Positions 56,801 through 64,000 of a DNA stretch of 64,000 nucleotides are shown here, piece by piece. Position numbers and translations under genes: made by a program. Location: NCBI GenBank assembly GCA_964479935.1, contig CAYZOF010000002.1:11912-75911 (forward strand). Reading direction: 5' to 3'. This DNA comes from an uncultured Clostridia bacterium. GTDB lineage: Bacteria > Bacillota > Clostridia > Christensenellales > Borkfalkiaceae. The notes beneath the pieces are model-generated. The model did not search any database and was not told where the DNA came from. It saw only the letters and a list, made by a program, of their open reading frames with translations. The first letter of the stretch is position 1. Every line of letters begins with the position of its first letter.

Positions 56801-57449
56801 TCGTGCTGCCTTCCAAATATTCAACGTATACGTCAACGCCTTCCTTGTAGTTTTCGGTTGTAGCGAAATAATAGGTGTTTGCTTTCGCGCCCGTGAAGTA
56901 CATATCCGTTTGGTTATTGCCTTGATAAACATAGAGCTTATATGCCGTTCCTGCTACGGGAGCCGCCGTGATAAGCTTCGGCGTGACATCCGACATAGCC
57001 AAAACTTTACGCGTGAACGTAAGGACAATCGATTCGCCGGCTTCGTTGGTAACGGTTGCCGTCAAGGTATATGTAAGGTCTTCCTTGAGATCTTTTGCAA
57101 CGATAACGGGAATGAGTTCGCTTCCGTCCTCGTCGGTGTATACTTCGCCAAACGTTACCCCTGCGGATACGTTAACGGTCCAAGTGATGGGGTAACCCCA
57201 AACCTTTGCGTCTACCGTGTAGTCTTCCCGACCTTCTTTGTTCAAATTTTGTTCTTTGCTTTTCAAGAACTCTGCTGCTGTTTGCAAGTTTTCGTCTTCC
57301 ACTTCAGTGGCTGAAGAGCTACTGTTTCCGTTGCTATTGCTGACGGAGGGAGTACTGTTGGAGGGGGAGCTGTCGTTGTTGTTTTTACAAGCGCCCGCGC
57401 AAGCCAAAATCGCGATGGTGGCAAGAATGCCGGTTAAGATTTTTTTCAT
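53847..57449 (-). CDS. 1200-aa surface lipoprotein with duplicated module set (Ig-like, two OB-fold-like, two pairs of unknown modules)
   Basis: Signal peptide plus lipobox (ILACAGAC) and an S/N-rich linker. OB modules lie at aa ~428-520 (IQCYRLKGTGADAIKIGDTITVTGTLMNFKGTVEF) and ~858-962. Internal repeats pair aa 156-320 with 697-830, and aa 541-675 with 1063-1190. Confidence 0.8.
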   Translation of the reverse strand: MKKILTGILATIAILACAGACKNNNDSSPSNSTPSVSNSNGNSSSSATEVEDENLQTAAEFLKSKEQNLNKEGREDYTVDAKVWGYPITWTVNVSAGVTFGEVYTDEDGSELIPVIVAKDLKEDLTYTLTATVTNEAGESIVLTFTRKVLAMSDVTPKLITAAPVAGTAYKLYVYQGNNQTDMYFTGAKANTYYFATTENYKEGVDVYVEYLEGSTTEFYPYFFDGTNTKMYIGVVESWNSTKNSWSYNPEFSGNPVSKFVWNSEYNTITTTIAAHSTNDQSSTTDTEKTLYLGSYDTKNTISSSLLSYASKSFVGGLAEMISADSVSAETKFAAIKEVLSVQAKYTLDQTVELTAYDERYPDVKIAWTSSDEACAKVDGSALKLTIPEAQTTVTLTATLTCGEKTDTKTFTLTLGPKTVAPAANASASEIVNAAFNLAAGETLGEYTLTGKITNVNTPYSSEYSNVTVTIDVEGKSIQCYRLKGTGADAIKIGDTITVTGTLMNFKGTVEFGSGCSLDSYTEGEGGSTGGDSGETTDLDITKGFTIADWADANNWEDSKSYTTITNKGVTLTVSGTAVGDYSLNTGKYYTNGEDWRIYQTESATLTISVASGSIGSVKITYAVKNTGILTCGETQIASDEVYTVNASSVTFGVGNTGDEKKGQVKITAIQVTLGEGSTGGDTTGGDEGNTGDNTDTKTYSVVTAPVVGTAYKFGMVQSGKTYYLTGAMVNTYYFATTDTVADALDFYLEQTEGGYYLYCTMEQKTYVNIVTSDTYVNVKYQITASTVYTIDSETGELRTTVNDTAYTIGTYGTYTSVSPVKASENIHCNFYAESTTDSGNQGGSESGDNTDTPVTPTEYTTLTIPEAIEKANTFSKDNYTTEKYYISGTIVKLASTTYGNCYIADENGNIFYVYGLYDENNTRYDSMATKPVVGDTVKLLTVIGKYTDVRAKNATVIECTANETIAPIYKLVIESFSLTLNTEIKAAGDETVAIAGTTYTDVAISYATDKDCAVVDNANGKITYTLPEELTFVTITATLKLGETSFSKTFSVKVSAAPKADEETVTLSFADKTNRKSQDSNSQVWTYGAVTLTNNKSASKTDVADAYNPVKCYASSQIIIDCKGMTQIVFNCNNSSYATELKDSITESDDYDFELNGSVVTVTFTASVDKFEIAKLKAQVRLNSIEVTYSTATTTETNE

Positions 57450-57480
57450 TGAGTTTCTCCTTTATATAAAATTTTTGTTT

Positions 57481-58860
57481 TCAATGAATCGTAATTGCGC
57501 CAAGGTAGAATACCTTGATTTGATAACCTTCGTAATAATCGACGAAGCCTTTGTTTACGTCGATTGTTTTGCCTAAAAACTCGTCTTCCGTAACAAGGGT
57601 TTCGTCCGCATGGCGCAACACAGCCGTACGAACGGTAATGGTTTGACCGTCTTCCGATCTACAAGTGAGCGTGATTGCACCTTTGTTGTTACTGGTTTCA
57701 TTCTTCGTAGTATATGCGTCTATAACCGTCAAATTCTTCATGGAAATCGACGTATTCATTGCGAGCGCGGCATAGTCGAACTCAACAGGGGTAATAACCG
57801 TTTCACCCGTTTGGAAATCCAACGTTTCCATATCCACGGCGACTTTGCCGTTGAACGTGCTTGCCGAAGTTTCTTTGTAGGCAATTTCATTGTCTTCGGA
57901 AAGTTTTATAGTGTTGTCAGGATCGTCCGGTTTTATTGCACGATATTTCAAGTCGGACACTTGATAGGTGCCACTTGCTTCATAGTAGGTAACTTTGCCG
58001 ACCATACGAACGCGATTGCCGGGGGCAAGAATATCGAGAAGTTCTTCCTTATAGTTCAAAAAAGCAGAGATACCATAATATAAACCGGTTTCAGCATCGT
58101 AATCTTCGATATAAACGTTCCAACTATTGTACAACGTTACCGTGCCTTCAAAGGTAACTTTTACTTCGAGATATTCTTCGGGATTTGTACGCAATTCTTT
58201 AAGCGTGATAGTTTTTGCGTCGCCTTTGTAGAAATCCGGGTCATCGCCCGACCAAAGGTTCAATTTGTTTGTTTTAGCTTGGCTGAACGCGTTCATACAA
58301 GCCGTACTGTAACGGCAGGTATTCATTTTGTTACCATACGCAAAACCGTTTTGCAGAATTTCCAAGTTCAAATTGCGGTAGTCTGTGCCACCTTGCGGTT
58401 TATACCAAATCCAAACGAGAAATCTGCCGTTTGAGTCGTATTCCCATTCCGTACCGTCCGTTTCCACGATGATAGAGGACGCGCTCTCTAACTTTTCCCT
58501 GGTGAAGTTAGAGGCTTTTTTGCCCCAAGGCTCGATTGCACCTGTCGATTCGGGGGTGTTGATGGCGGTGTAACGCGCTTTCAAAGTGCCGTCCGGGGCA
58601 ATGCTCGTCGGAACGTTGAAATGCGTCGTATCGCCGTCGACGTACAGTTTTACCGTTACTTCCAGTTTTTTCGAGTCGGTCGTCATATCGAGCTTCGTCT
58701 GTTCGACGTAGTCGATAAATTCCGTCGAACTGCTCCCAGAGGAACTGTTTTCCGAAGCACTGTTTTCGGCGGAATTGCCGCCGTTAGGCAGGTCGCACCC
58801 TGCGAACGCGCCGAGCGAGATCGCAGCGAGCAACAATAAGGATAATATTTTCTTTTTCAT
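57481..58860 (-). CDS. lipoprotein with staphylococcal (micrococcal) nuclease domain + C-terminal OB-like/beta domains
   Basis: Lipobox GAFAGC. SNase motifs VDGDTTHF, KARYTAINTPE, GRFLVWIWY, LQNGFAY and NLWS (aa ~65-205). Confidence 0.8.
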   Translation of the reverse strand: MKKKILSLLLLAAISLGAFAGCDLPNGGNSAENSASENSSSGSSSTEFIDYVEQTKLDMTTDSKKLEVTVKLYVDGDTTHFNVPTSIAPDGTLKARYTAINTPESTGAIEPWGKKASNFTREKLESASSIIVETDGTEWEYDSNGRFLVWIWYKPQGGTDYRNLNLEILQNGFAYGNKMNTCRYSTACMNAFSQAKTNKLNLWSGDDPDFYKGDAKTITLKELRTNPEEYLEVKVTFEGTVTLYNSWNVYIEDYDAETGLYYGISAFLNYKEELLDILAPGNRVRMVGKVTYYEASGTYQVSDLKYRAIKPDDPDNTIKLSEDNEIAYKETSASTFNGKVAVDMETLDFQTGETVITPVEFDYAALAMNTSISMKNLTVIDAYTTKNETSNNKGAITLTCRSEDGQTITVRTAVLRHADETLVTEDEFLGKTIDVNKGFVDYYEGYQIKVFYLGAITIH

Positions 58861-58887
58861 AATTTTTCCTTTTCCTAAGGTTATCGA

Positions 58888-60393
58888 TTAAAGGTCGTTG
58901 AATTCCAATTCGTCAATGGTGTCGTCAAATGCATTCTTAATAAAGTCAGCCAACGTCATATTGCCAAGATCCGTTTTCGCGAAACAGGTTTGCATCAAAA
59001 GCCCGACTTGTACACGAGCTTCCGAAGAACCTGCGAATGCAGGGGAAATGTAGCAAGCATCTTCTTGTGCAAGTGCTTGTATAACAGCCGTTGCAGTCAA
59101 GTTTTTGTCACCGTCGGCGGATGCAAGCCAATTCTTGTAGAATTCGTTCTGTTGAACGGATTTAATGACGGGCGCATATCCGTTGTTCTGAGAGAATTCT
59201 GCCTGCAATTCAACGCAAGTCGTCAAAAATTTTGCAAACAACCAAGCCGCTGCCTGTTCCTGTTCCGCAGCCGCTTTATCGGTTTTGTTCAATTCCGCTA
59301 GTCTTACCTTGTTGAAAAGTACAAGGGAGGGTCCTTGTGAAATTACTTTCGGTTTGTTAACGTCTACTTGAGGGATCGGTGCTACGCCTACTTCAAAAGG
59401 ATAGACGTCTTGCCCTTCGGAATTTTTAACCTTATCGGGAACTTGATTGGAAGCGCCGCCGGTAGAACCGATACACATAAACATTCTGGTCTTGGATGTA
59501 TCGATATTGGTGAACAACAAGGACGTATAGGAGTTACCGTTGAGGGCTTTCGTTGTTACGTAACCGGATTGATGCCAGTTGGTAAATCTTTCAACGAATG
59601 CGCGAGCTTCCGGGGTGTTGAAAAGGTAGTGGTCGCCCGTTGCGGAGGTGTAAGGGATTCCGGACTGTTCACACATCGTGATGAACCAGTTGGATTCGGA
59701 GTCGTAACCGAGAGGGATGCAGTTGCTTTCCTCGCTTCTGATGGTTTGACACAGGGTTTCCATTTCATCCCAGGTGGTGGGAACGGTGTAACCCTTTGCA
59801 TCGAAATACGTTTTGTTGTAGAACAACACTTCCGAAGATTTTTGGAAAGGAAGGGTGTACATTTTTCCGTCACCGTATACGCGACCTTCTTCCCAGTAGC
59901 TTTCTACGAAATCGTCAAGTTGCGCCTGCGTGTAACCCATCGTCTCCGTCGTACCGTCTGCGTGTTCTACAACGGCATCGCTTGCGATATAGCTATCGAG
60001 CGTGAGGACCATTTTCGACTTATTGTAAAGGGCAACATGGTCGGAATAGCAATATGCCAAACTAGGGGAGTTTTTACCTGCTAATTCCTTACTGATTTGG
60101 CTGCGCAAAGCGTCATAGTCACCGATCATCGTATGCGTGATATGAATGTTAGGATAAAGTCTGTTAAATTCGGGAATATATTCATTCAAAATCGGTTGAA
60201 GCGTGTTCGCACCCATTGTGTGGTAGAACGTAATGTCAACGTCACTGCCGTCATAGGCTACGATAGGGGTGATTTCAACTCCGCTATCGGAAGAGCCACC
60301 GGAGTTGCCGCCGTTATCGCCGCAAGAGGCGAGCGCGCTGAGAGACATTACTGCCGAAAGAAAGGTACACAGAAATTTTTTGGTGTTTTTCAT
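58888..60393 (-). CDS. ABC transporter solute-binding lipoprotein (family-1/CUT1-type)
   Basis: Signal peptide plus lipobox (LSALASCG), about 480 mature aa, adjacent to MalF/G-like permeases. ATG at 60393 (MKNTKKF) is preferred over the ORF-track start at 60453. Confidence 0.8.
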   Translation of the reverse strand: MKNTKKFLCTFLSAVMSLSALASCGDNGGNSGGSSDSGVEITPIVAYDGSDVDITFYHTMGANTLQPILNEYIPEFNRLYPNIHITHTMIGDYDALRSQISKELAGKNSPSLAYCYSDHVALYNKSKMVLTLDSYIASDAVVEHADGTTETMGYTQAQLDDFVESYWEEGRVYGDGKMYTLPFQKSSEVLFYNKTYFDAKGYTVPTTWDEMETLCQTIRSEESNCIPLGYDSESNWFITMCEQSGIPYTSATGDHYLFNTPEARAFVERFTNWHQSGYVTTKALNGNSYTSLLFTNIDTSKTRMFMCIGSTGGASNQVPDKVKNSEGQDVYPFEVGVAPIPQVDVNKPKVISQGPSLVLFNKVRLAELNKTDKAAAEQEQAAAWLFAKFLTTCVELQAEFSQNNGYAPVIKSVQQNEFYKNWLASADGDKNLTATAVIQALAQEDACYISPAFAGSSEARVQVGLLMQTCFAKTDLGNMTLADFIKNAFDDTIDELEFNDL

Positions 60394-60456
60394 GTTGATA
60401 CATCCTTTATATAATATTTTGTTTTTTCGATAAAATTTATAAAATTTATACAAGAG

Positions 60457-61410
60457 TTAGCCCTTAATACCACTTCTGGAAACGCCTTTCATAATATATT
60501 TTCTGAGAAAGACGAATACGAGGAACAACGGGGCGGAAACTATCGCGACAGCCGCCATTTGAACGGGGATGTTTGTTTTTCCCGTATCCACGTCGGTGAA
60601 AGAGAGTGCGCGCAACCCGTTGGTAATCAAACGCATTTCTTCTTCGTTTGCAACCAGTCGAGGCCAGATATAGCTGTTCCATGCGCCCATCATCTTCAAA
60701 ATTGTAATCGAAATTAAGGTGGGCAGGGCAAGGGGAATCATAACTTTCCAGAGATATTTCAAGTCGGTCGTGCCGTCGACTTTTGCCGCCAGATACAGTT
60801 CGTTAGGAATCTGTTCGAAATTCTGTTTCAACAGATAGATATAAAACACGCTGACGAGGAAAGGAACGATCAACGCCTTAAAGGTGTTCATCCATTGGAA
60901 TGTACTGATCGTCTGATAATTGGTGATGGTGAAAAGTTCCCCGGGGATCATCATCGTTGTCAAAAGGAAAGCAAACAGGGCGTTTTTTCCCTTGAATTCC
61001 AATCGGGCAAAGGCGAACGCCGACAACACGGTGATGATAAGGGACAGTATGGTCGAGACGATACCGACGTATACCGTATTTAAGAATAATCTGCCTAAGT
61101 TGCCTGTGGTGAACGCTTGCGAATAGTTCGACCATAAAATCTCTTTCGGGAAGAACGTGGGTTCGGGCAATGAAAACTCTTGCACGCTCTTTACGGAGGA
61201 AATCAACATAAAGTAGAAAGGAAACAAAACGACCAACGCCATAACGCCGAGAAAAGCGTACAAAGCGATTTGCACCAGCACTTTCGTTACTTTTTGTTTT
61301 TTTGATACTTTTTGAATATCCTTTTCTTTCATGACGCTTTCGGCGAGTTCGGTTTTTCCCGTGTCTTCGGAAGGGAGGTCCAAATTTTCATTTTCTTGTA
61401 ATTCTTTCAT
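60457..61410 (-). CDS. ABC transporter permease (MalG/UgpE-like)
   Basis: 6 TM helices and an EAA-type loop LAAKVDGTTDLKYLWKVMIPLALP. Hydrophilic extension of ~45 aa at the N-terminus. Confidence 0.88.
   Translation of the reverse strand: MKELQENENLDLPSEDTGKTELAESVMKEKDIQKVSKKQKVTKVLVQIALYAFLGVMALVVLFPFYFMLISSVKSVQEFSLPEPTFFPKEILWSNYSQAFTTGNLGRLFLNTVYVGIVSTILSLIITVLSAFAFARLEFKGKNALFAFLLTTMMIPGELFTITNYQTISTFQWMNTFKALIVPFLVSVFYIYLLKQNFEQIPNELYLAAKVDGTTDLKYLWKVMIPLALPTLISITILKMMGAWNSYIWPRLVANEEEMRLITNGLRALSFTDVDTGKTNIPVQMAAVAIVSAPLFLVFVFLRKYIMKGVSRSGIKG
61369..61395 (-). repeat. 27-nt near-repeat copy B, encoding ENENLDLPS at the N-terminus of permease 2
   Basis: See copy A; read directly from the sequence. 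Confidence 0.8.
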
Positions 61411-61422
61411 AAAATACCTCCT

Positions 61423-62718
61423 TTAACGCGTTTTTTTCTTTTTACTGACACTCAAATTAATCATGGTTACCACGAAGATAATGGCAAACAGAATCAACGC
61501 CGCCGCACTGGCTACGCCGTCCTGGTCAAGGGACATGCGATCGTATATGAAACCGACCATCGTATTGAGCGAATGTTCCGAACCTGCAGGTCTCATATTC
61601 TCGCCGAAAATGCCGACAATGCTCGAATATTCCTTAAAACCGCCGATAAAACCCGTAATAATAACGTAGGCAAGCATCGGGGCAAGTTGGGGCACGGTAA
61701 TTTTCGTGAATACGCGCCAACGGGGCGTACTGTCGATTTTTGCGGCTTCGTAATATTGCTTGTCGATACTCTGCAAACCGCCGAGCAAAATTAAGATTTT
61801 GAAAGGCAGGGCATTCCAAACGATGTATATGACGAGTACGGTGATGTTTGCGGCATAGCTCGAGCCTGGGTTGACCCAGTTGATAGGTTCTACGCCAAAA
61901 ATGCCGAGGATGTTATTTATAATGCCATAGGAATCGATATTGCCCGTTATAACAGAGCCGACGATATAAAACATTGCATTGAATACCATACCGATTGCAA
62001 TCGAGTTGGTAACGTAGGGCAGGAAGAAAATCGTCTGAAAAAATCTCTGCAACGGCTTAATCGAATTTAAGCAAACGGCGATAAGCAGTGCCAAAATCGT
62101 CGAGATAGGTACGGTAAGCACGCAGAGCAAAATCGTGTTTTTCAAACAGGTCAAGAAGCCTTTGTAGCGGATAACTTTTTCGTAGTTTTTAAAGCCGAAC
62201 TCGAACGTTATTTCATCGTTGAGGACACTCATTCCGCCGTAGTCTTCCAAAAAGGAAATACGTACGGTGTTGATGATGGGCCAAACCGTGAAAATCGCCA
62301 ACAAAACGATGGCAGGAAGGAGGTAAATCCAGCCTTTCCATTTATCGAACTTTATTTTTTGGAGAAATTTACGTCTCTTTGTTCTCCATTCGTCAAGCAA
62401 AACGCGCAGACTTTTTTTACTTCCCGCATCTTCGTCGTCTTCGTTGATGTCGGAAATCGCAAGCTCCGCTTCCGTCGTCGTTTCGTTCACGGAAAGCGCG
62501 GCTACTGCCGCCTGTTCGGATTCGTCGTCTGCCACAGATTTTACGAATATCTCGTTGATTTTATAACTTAAAAGTTTGCCGCAAACAGGACAAACGTATG
62601 CCTTTGTTCCGTCCGTCATTCGCAATTCCGCGCGACACGAAAGACAATGCACGGTTAAGTCTTTCTTTGCGGAAGGATCGTAATCGGAAAGGAGGTTCAA
62701 ATTTTCGTTTTCGCTCAT
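61423..62718 (-). CDS. ABC transporter permease (MalF/UgpA-like) with N-terminal CxxC-x16-CxxC zinc-ribbon extension
   Basis: EAA loop YYEAAKIDSTPRWRVFTKITVP and 6 TM helices. The N-terminal ~125 aa are cytoplasmic, with CLSCRAELRMTDGTKAYVCPVCG followed by an acidic linker. Confidence 0.88.
   Translation of the reverse strand: MSENENLNLLSDYDPSAKKDLTVHCLSCRAELRMTDGTKAYVCPVCGKLLSYKINEIFVKSVADDESEQAAVAALSVNETTTEAELAISDINEDDEDAGSKKSLRVLLDEWRTKRRKFLQKIKFDKWKGWIYLLPAIVLLAIFTVWPIINTVRISFLEDYGGMSVLNDEITFEFGFKNYEKVIRYKGFLTCLKNTILLCVLTVPISTILALLIAVCLNSIKPLQRFFQTIFFLPYVTNSIAIGMVFNAMFYIVGSVITGNIDSYGIINNILGIFGVEPINWVNPGSSYAANITVLVIYIVWNALPFKILILLGGLQSIDKQYYEAAKIDSTPRWRVFTKITVPQLAPMLAYVIITGFIGGFKEYSSIVGIFGENMRPAGSEHSLNTMVGFIYDRMSLDQDGVASAAALILFAIIFVVTMINLSVSKKKKTR
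62686..62712 (-). repeat. 27-nt near-repeat copy A, encoding ENENLNLLS at the N-terminus of permease 1
   Basis: Plus strand ggaaaggaggttcaaattttcgttttc, versus copy B ggaagggaggtccaaattttcattttc (3 mismatches). Confidence 0.8.
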
Positions 62719-62721
62719 ACG

Positions 62722-63822
62722 TTACACCTCGAACGAGATTCTTTCTTCCGTTTCCGCGTCAAAGAGAAACACTTTATGCGGTTTCAATGCGAATGCGATG
62801 GTTGTCGCCGCCGGGGCAATTTTTACGTCTGCGTCTACGATCGAACGGACAATCGGGTTCAAAGACGCCGAGTGACGGGATACGATGCTCACGTCGCGTC
62901 CCATAACTTCTACGTTGGAAAGATTACAAACAAACGCGCCGTCTTCGCAAGGGATAAAGCCTTCCGGACGAATGCCTACGGTTACTGCGCGGTCGTCTAC
63001 GCCGGGTACGTCGAGCACGGCGTTCTCGCCGAGATAGAGCTTACCGCCCTGCACTTTGCCGCTGAATACGTTGATGGGGGGAGTACCGAGGAATTTCGCA
63101 ACGAACAAGTTGGTGGGGGTGTCGTAGATTTCCTGCGGTTTGCCGACTTGTTGCACGACGCCGAGCTTCATCACCACGATCATGTCGGAGATGCTCATCG
63201 CTTCTTCTTGGTCGTGGGTTACGAATACGGTCGTGATGCCCGTTTCTTTTTGGATTCTTCTGATTTCTTCACGAGTTTGCAATCTCAAACGCGCGTCGAG
63301 GTTGGAAAGCGGCTCGTCCAAGAGCAATACGCGCGGCATTTTAACAAGCGCACGCGCGATTGCGACACGCTGTTGCTGTCCGCCGGAAAGCTCGCTCGGC
63401 TTTCTGTCCATAAGCTCGTCGATCTGCACGAGCTTCGCGGCTTCTTGCGCGCGTTGCAACATATCGGCTTTGGAAAGCTTATCTGCGCCTCGTAAGTTTT
63501 GCAGGGGAAAGAGAATGTTCTGCTTTACCGTCATGTGCGGATACAGAGCGTAGTTCTGGAATACGAGTCCGATGCCTCTGTTTTCGGGAGAAAGCTCGGT
63601 GACGTCTTCTTCGCCGAAGAAGATTCTGCCCGAAGTGGGTTGTTGAAGTCCACTGATCATGTACAGGGTCGTACTTTTACCGCATCCGGAAGGACCGAGT
63701 AATCCGACGAGTTTCCCGTCGGGGATGGTAAAGGTGAAGTCATTTACCGCAACCACTTCTTCGCCGCCTTTTTTGTTGCGACTCGGAAAGATTTTGGTCA
63801 AATTTTGCAATTCTACTTTCAT
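62722..63822 (-). CDS. ABC transporter ATP-binding protein (MalK/UgpC/MsmX-like with C-terminal regulatory domain)
   Basis: Walker A GPSGCGKSTTL, LSGGQQQRVAIARAL, LLLDEPLSNLD. 366 aa. GGAGG RBS. Confidence 0.92.
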   Translation of the reverse strand: MKVELQNLTKIFPSRNKKGGEEVVAVNDFTFTIPDGKLVGLLGPSGCGKSTTLYMISGLQQPTSGRIFFGEEDVTELSPENRGIGLVFQNYALYPHMTVKQNILFPLQNLRGADKLSKADMLQRAQEAAKLVQIDELMDRKPSELSGGQQQRVAIARALVKMPRVLLLDEPLSNLDARLRLQTREEIRRIQKETGITTVFVTHDQEEAMSISDMIVVMKLGVVQQVGKPQEIYDTPTNLFVAKFLGTPPINVFSGKVQGGKLYLGENAVLDVPGVDDRAVTVGIRPEGFIPCEDGAFVCNLSNVEVMGRDVSIVSRHSASLNPIVRSIVDADVKIAPAATTIAFALKPHKVFLFDAETEERISFEV

Positions 63823-63867
63823 ATAACCTCCAAAGAAAGTTCATACGTATTTATAAATCGAGCATTG

Positions 63868-63881
63868 AAAACTCGAGTTTT
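63868..63881. promoter_or_regulatory. perfect 14-bp palindrome upstream of the ABC ATPase gene
   Basis: AAAACTCGAGTTTT overlaps the stop of the upstream minus-strand CDS. It could be a short terminator stem or an operator. Confidence 0.3.
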
Positions 63882-64000
63882 AGGCTTCTGTATTTTGTGC
63901 TTCGAGCGCTGCCTGCTCTTGTTGCCAGGCAATCAAATCCTCTTGCGAGTCGAAAATTTGCTGACTTGCGAAATCCACGACCGCTGTATCCGAGAGCAGG
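63880..64000 (-). CDS. 3' end of an unidentified minus-strand CDS running out of the window
   Basis: Open frame read by hand from the window edge to TAA (plus-strand tta at 63880..63882). Its C-terminus is ...AWQQEQAALEAQNTEA. Too short to name. Confidence 0.35.
   Translation of the reverse strand, partial: LLSDTAVVDFASQQIFDSQEDLIAWQQEQAALEAQNTEA

Overview
Chromosomal window from a Bacillota (Clostridia-like) bacterium, read only from the sequence and the ORF track (no searches run). 1-23 kb, + strand: an atypically ordered dcw/cell-division string (murE' - mraY - murD - ftsW - murA - FtsQ-like - FtsA-like - ftsZ), an ABC-2 exporter pair and murC. Then ftsK - rimO - pgsA - cinA - recA - rny and one tRNA-Thr(GGU). 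23-34 kb: a LysR regulator divergent from yggS, a membrane-domain/SDR fusion, a Re-citrate-synthase-type enzyme + aconitase + isocitrate dehydrogenase operon, and phosphoglucomutase. 34-45 kb: an orphan ABC ATPase, a large lipoprotein, a YfhO-family membrane protein, a decayed transposase fragment, a ROK-like kinase + nagA, murB and an Sfp-type PPTase. 45-52 kb: a triple-Cys-motif membrane protein, then a MacB/FtsX-type ABC transporter with a His/acidic loop and a CxxC lipoprotein, then maa, upp, a cytidylate-kinase-like protein and a MATE exporter. 52.3-63.8 kb, - strand, is the most unusual region. A CUT1-type ABC importer (one permease carries an N-terminal zinc ribbon) is tightly followed by three lipoproteins: a staphylococcal-nuclease type, a 1200-aa OB-fold-bearing repeat protein, and an OB-fold/barnase-type RNase. 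I read this as a candidate extracellular nucleic-acid capture/degradation/uptake locus. No rRNA, CRISPR array, intact mobile element, prophage or recognisable defence system was seen. Promoter and terminator calls are by-eye matches to sigma-A consensus and hairpin + T-tract, and are not energy-scored.
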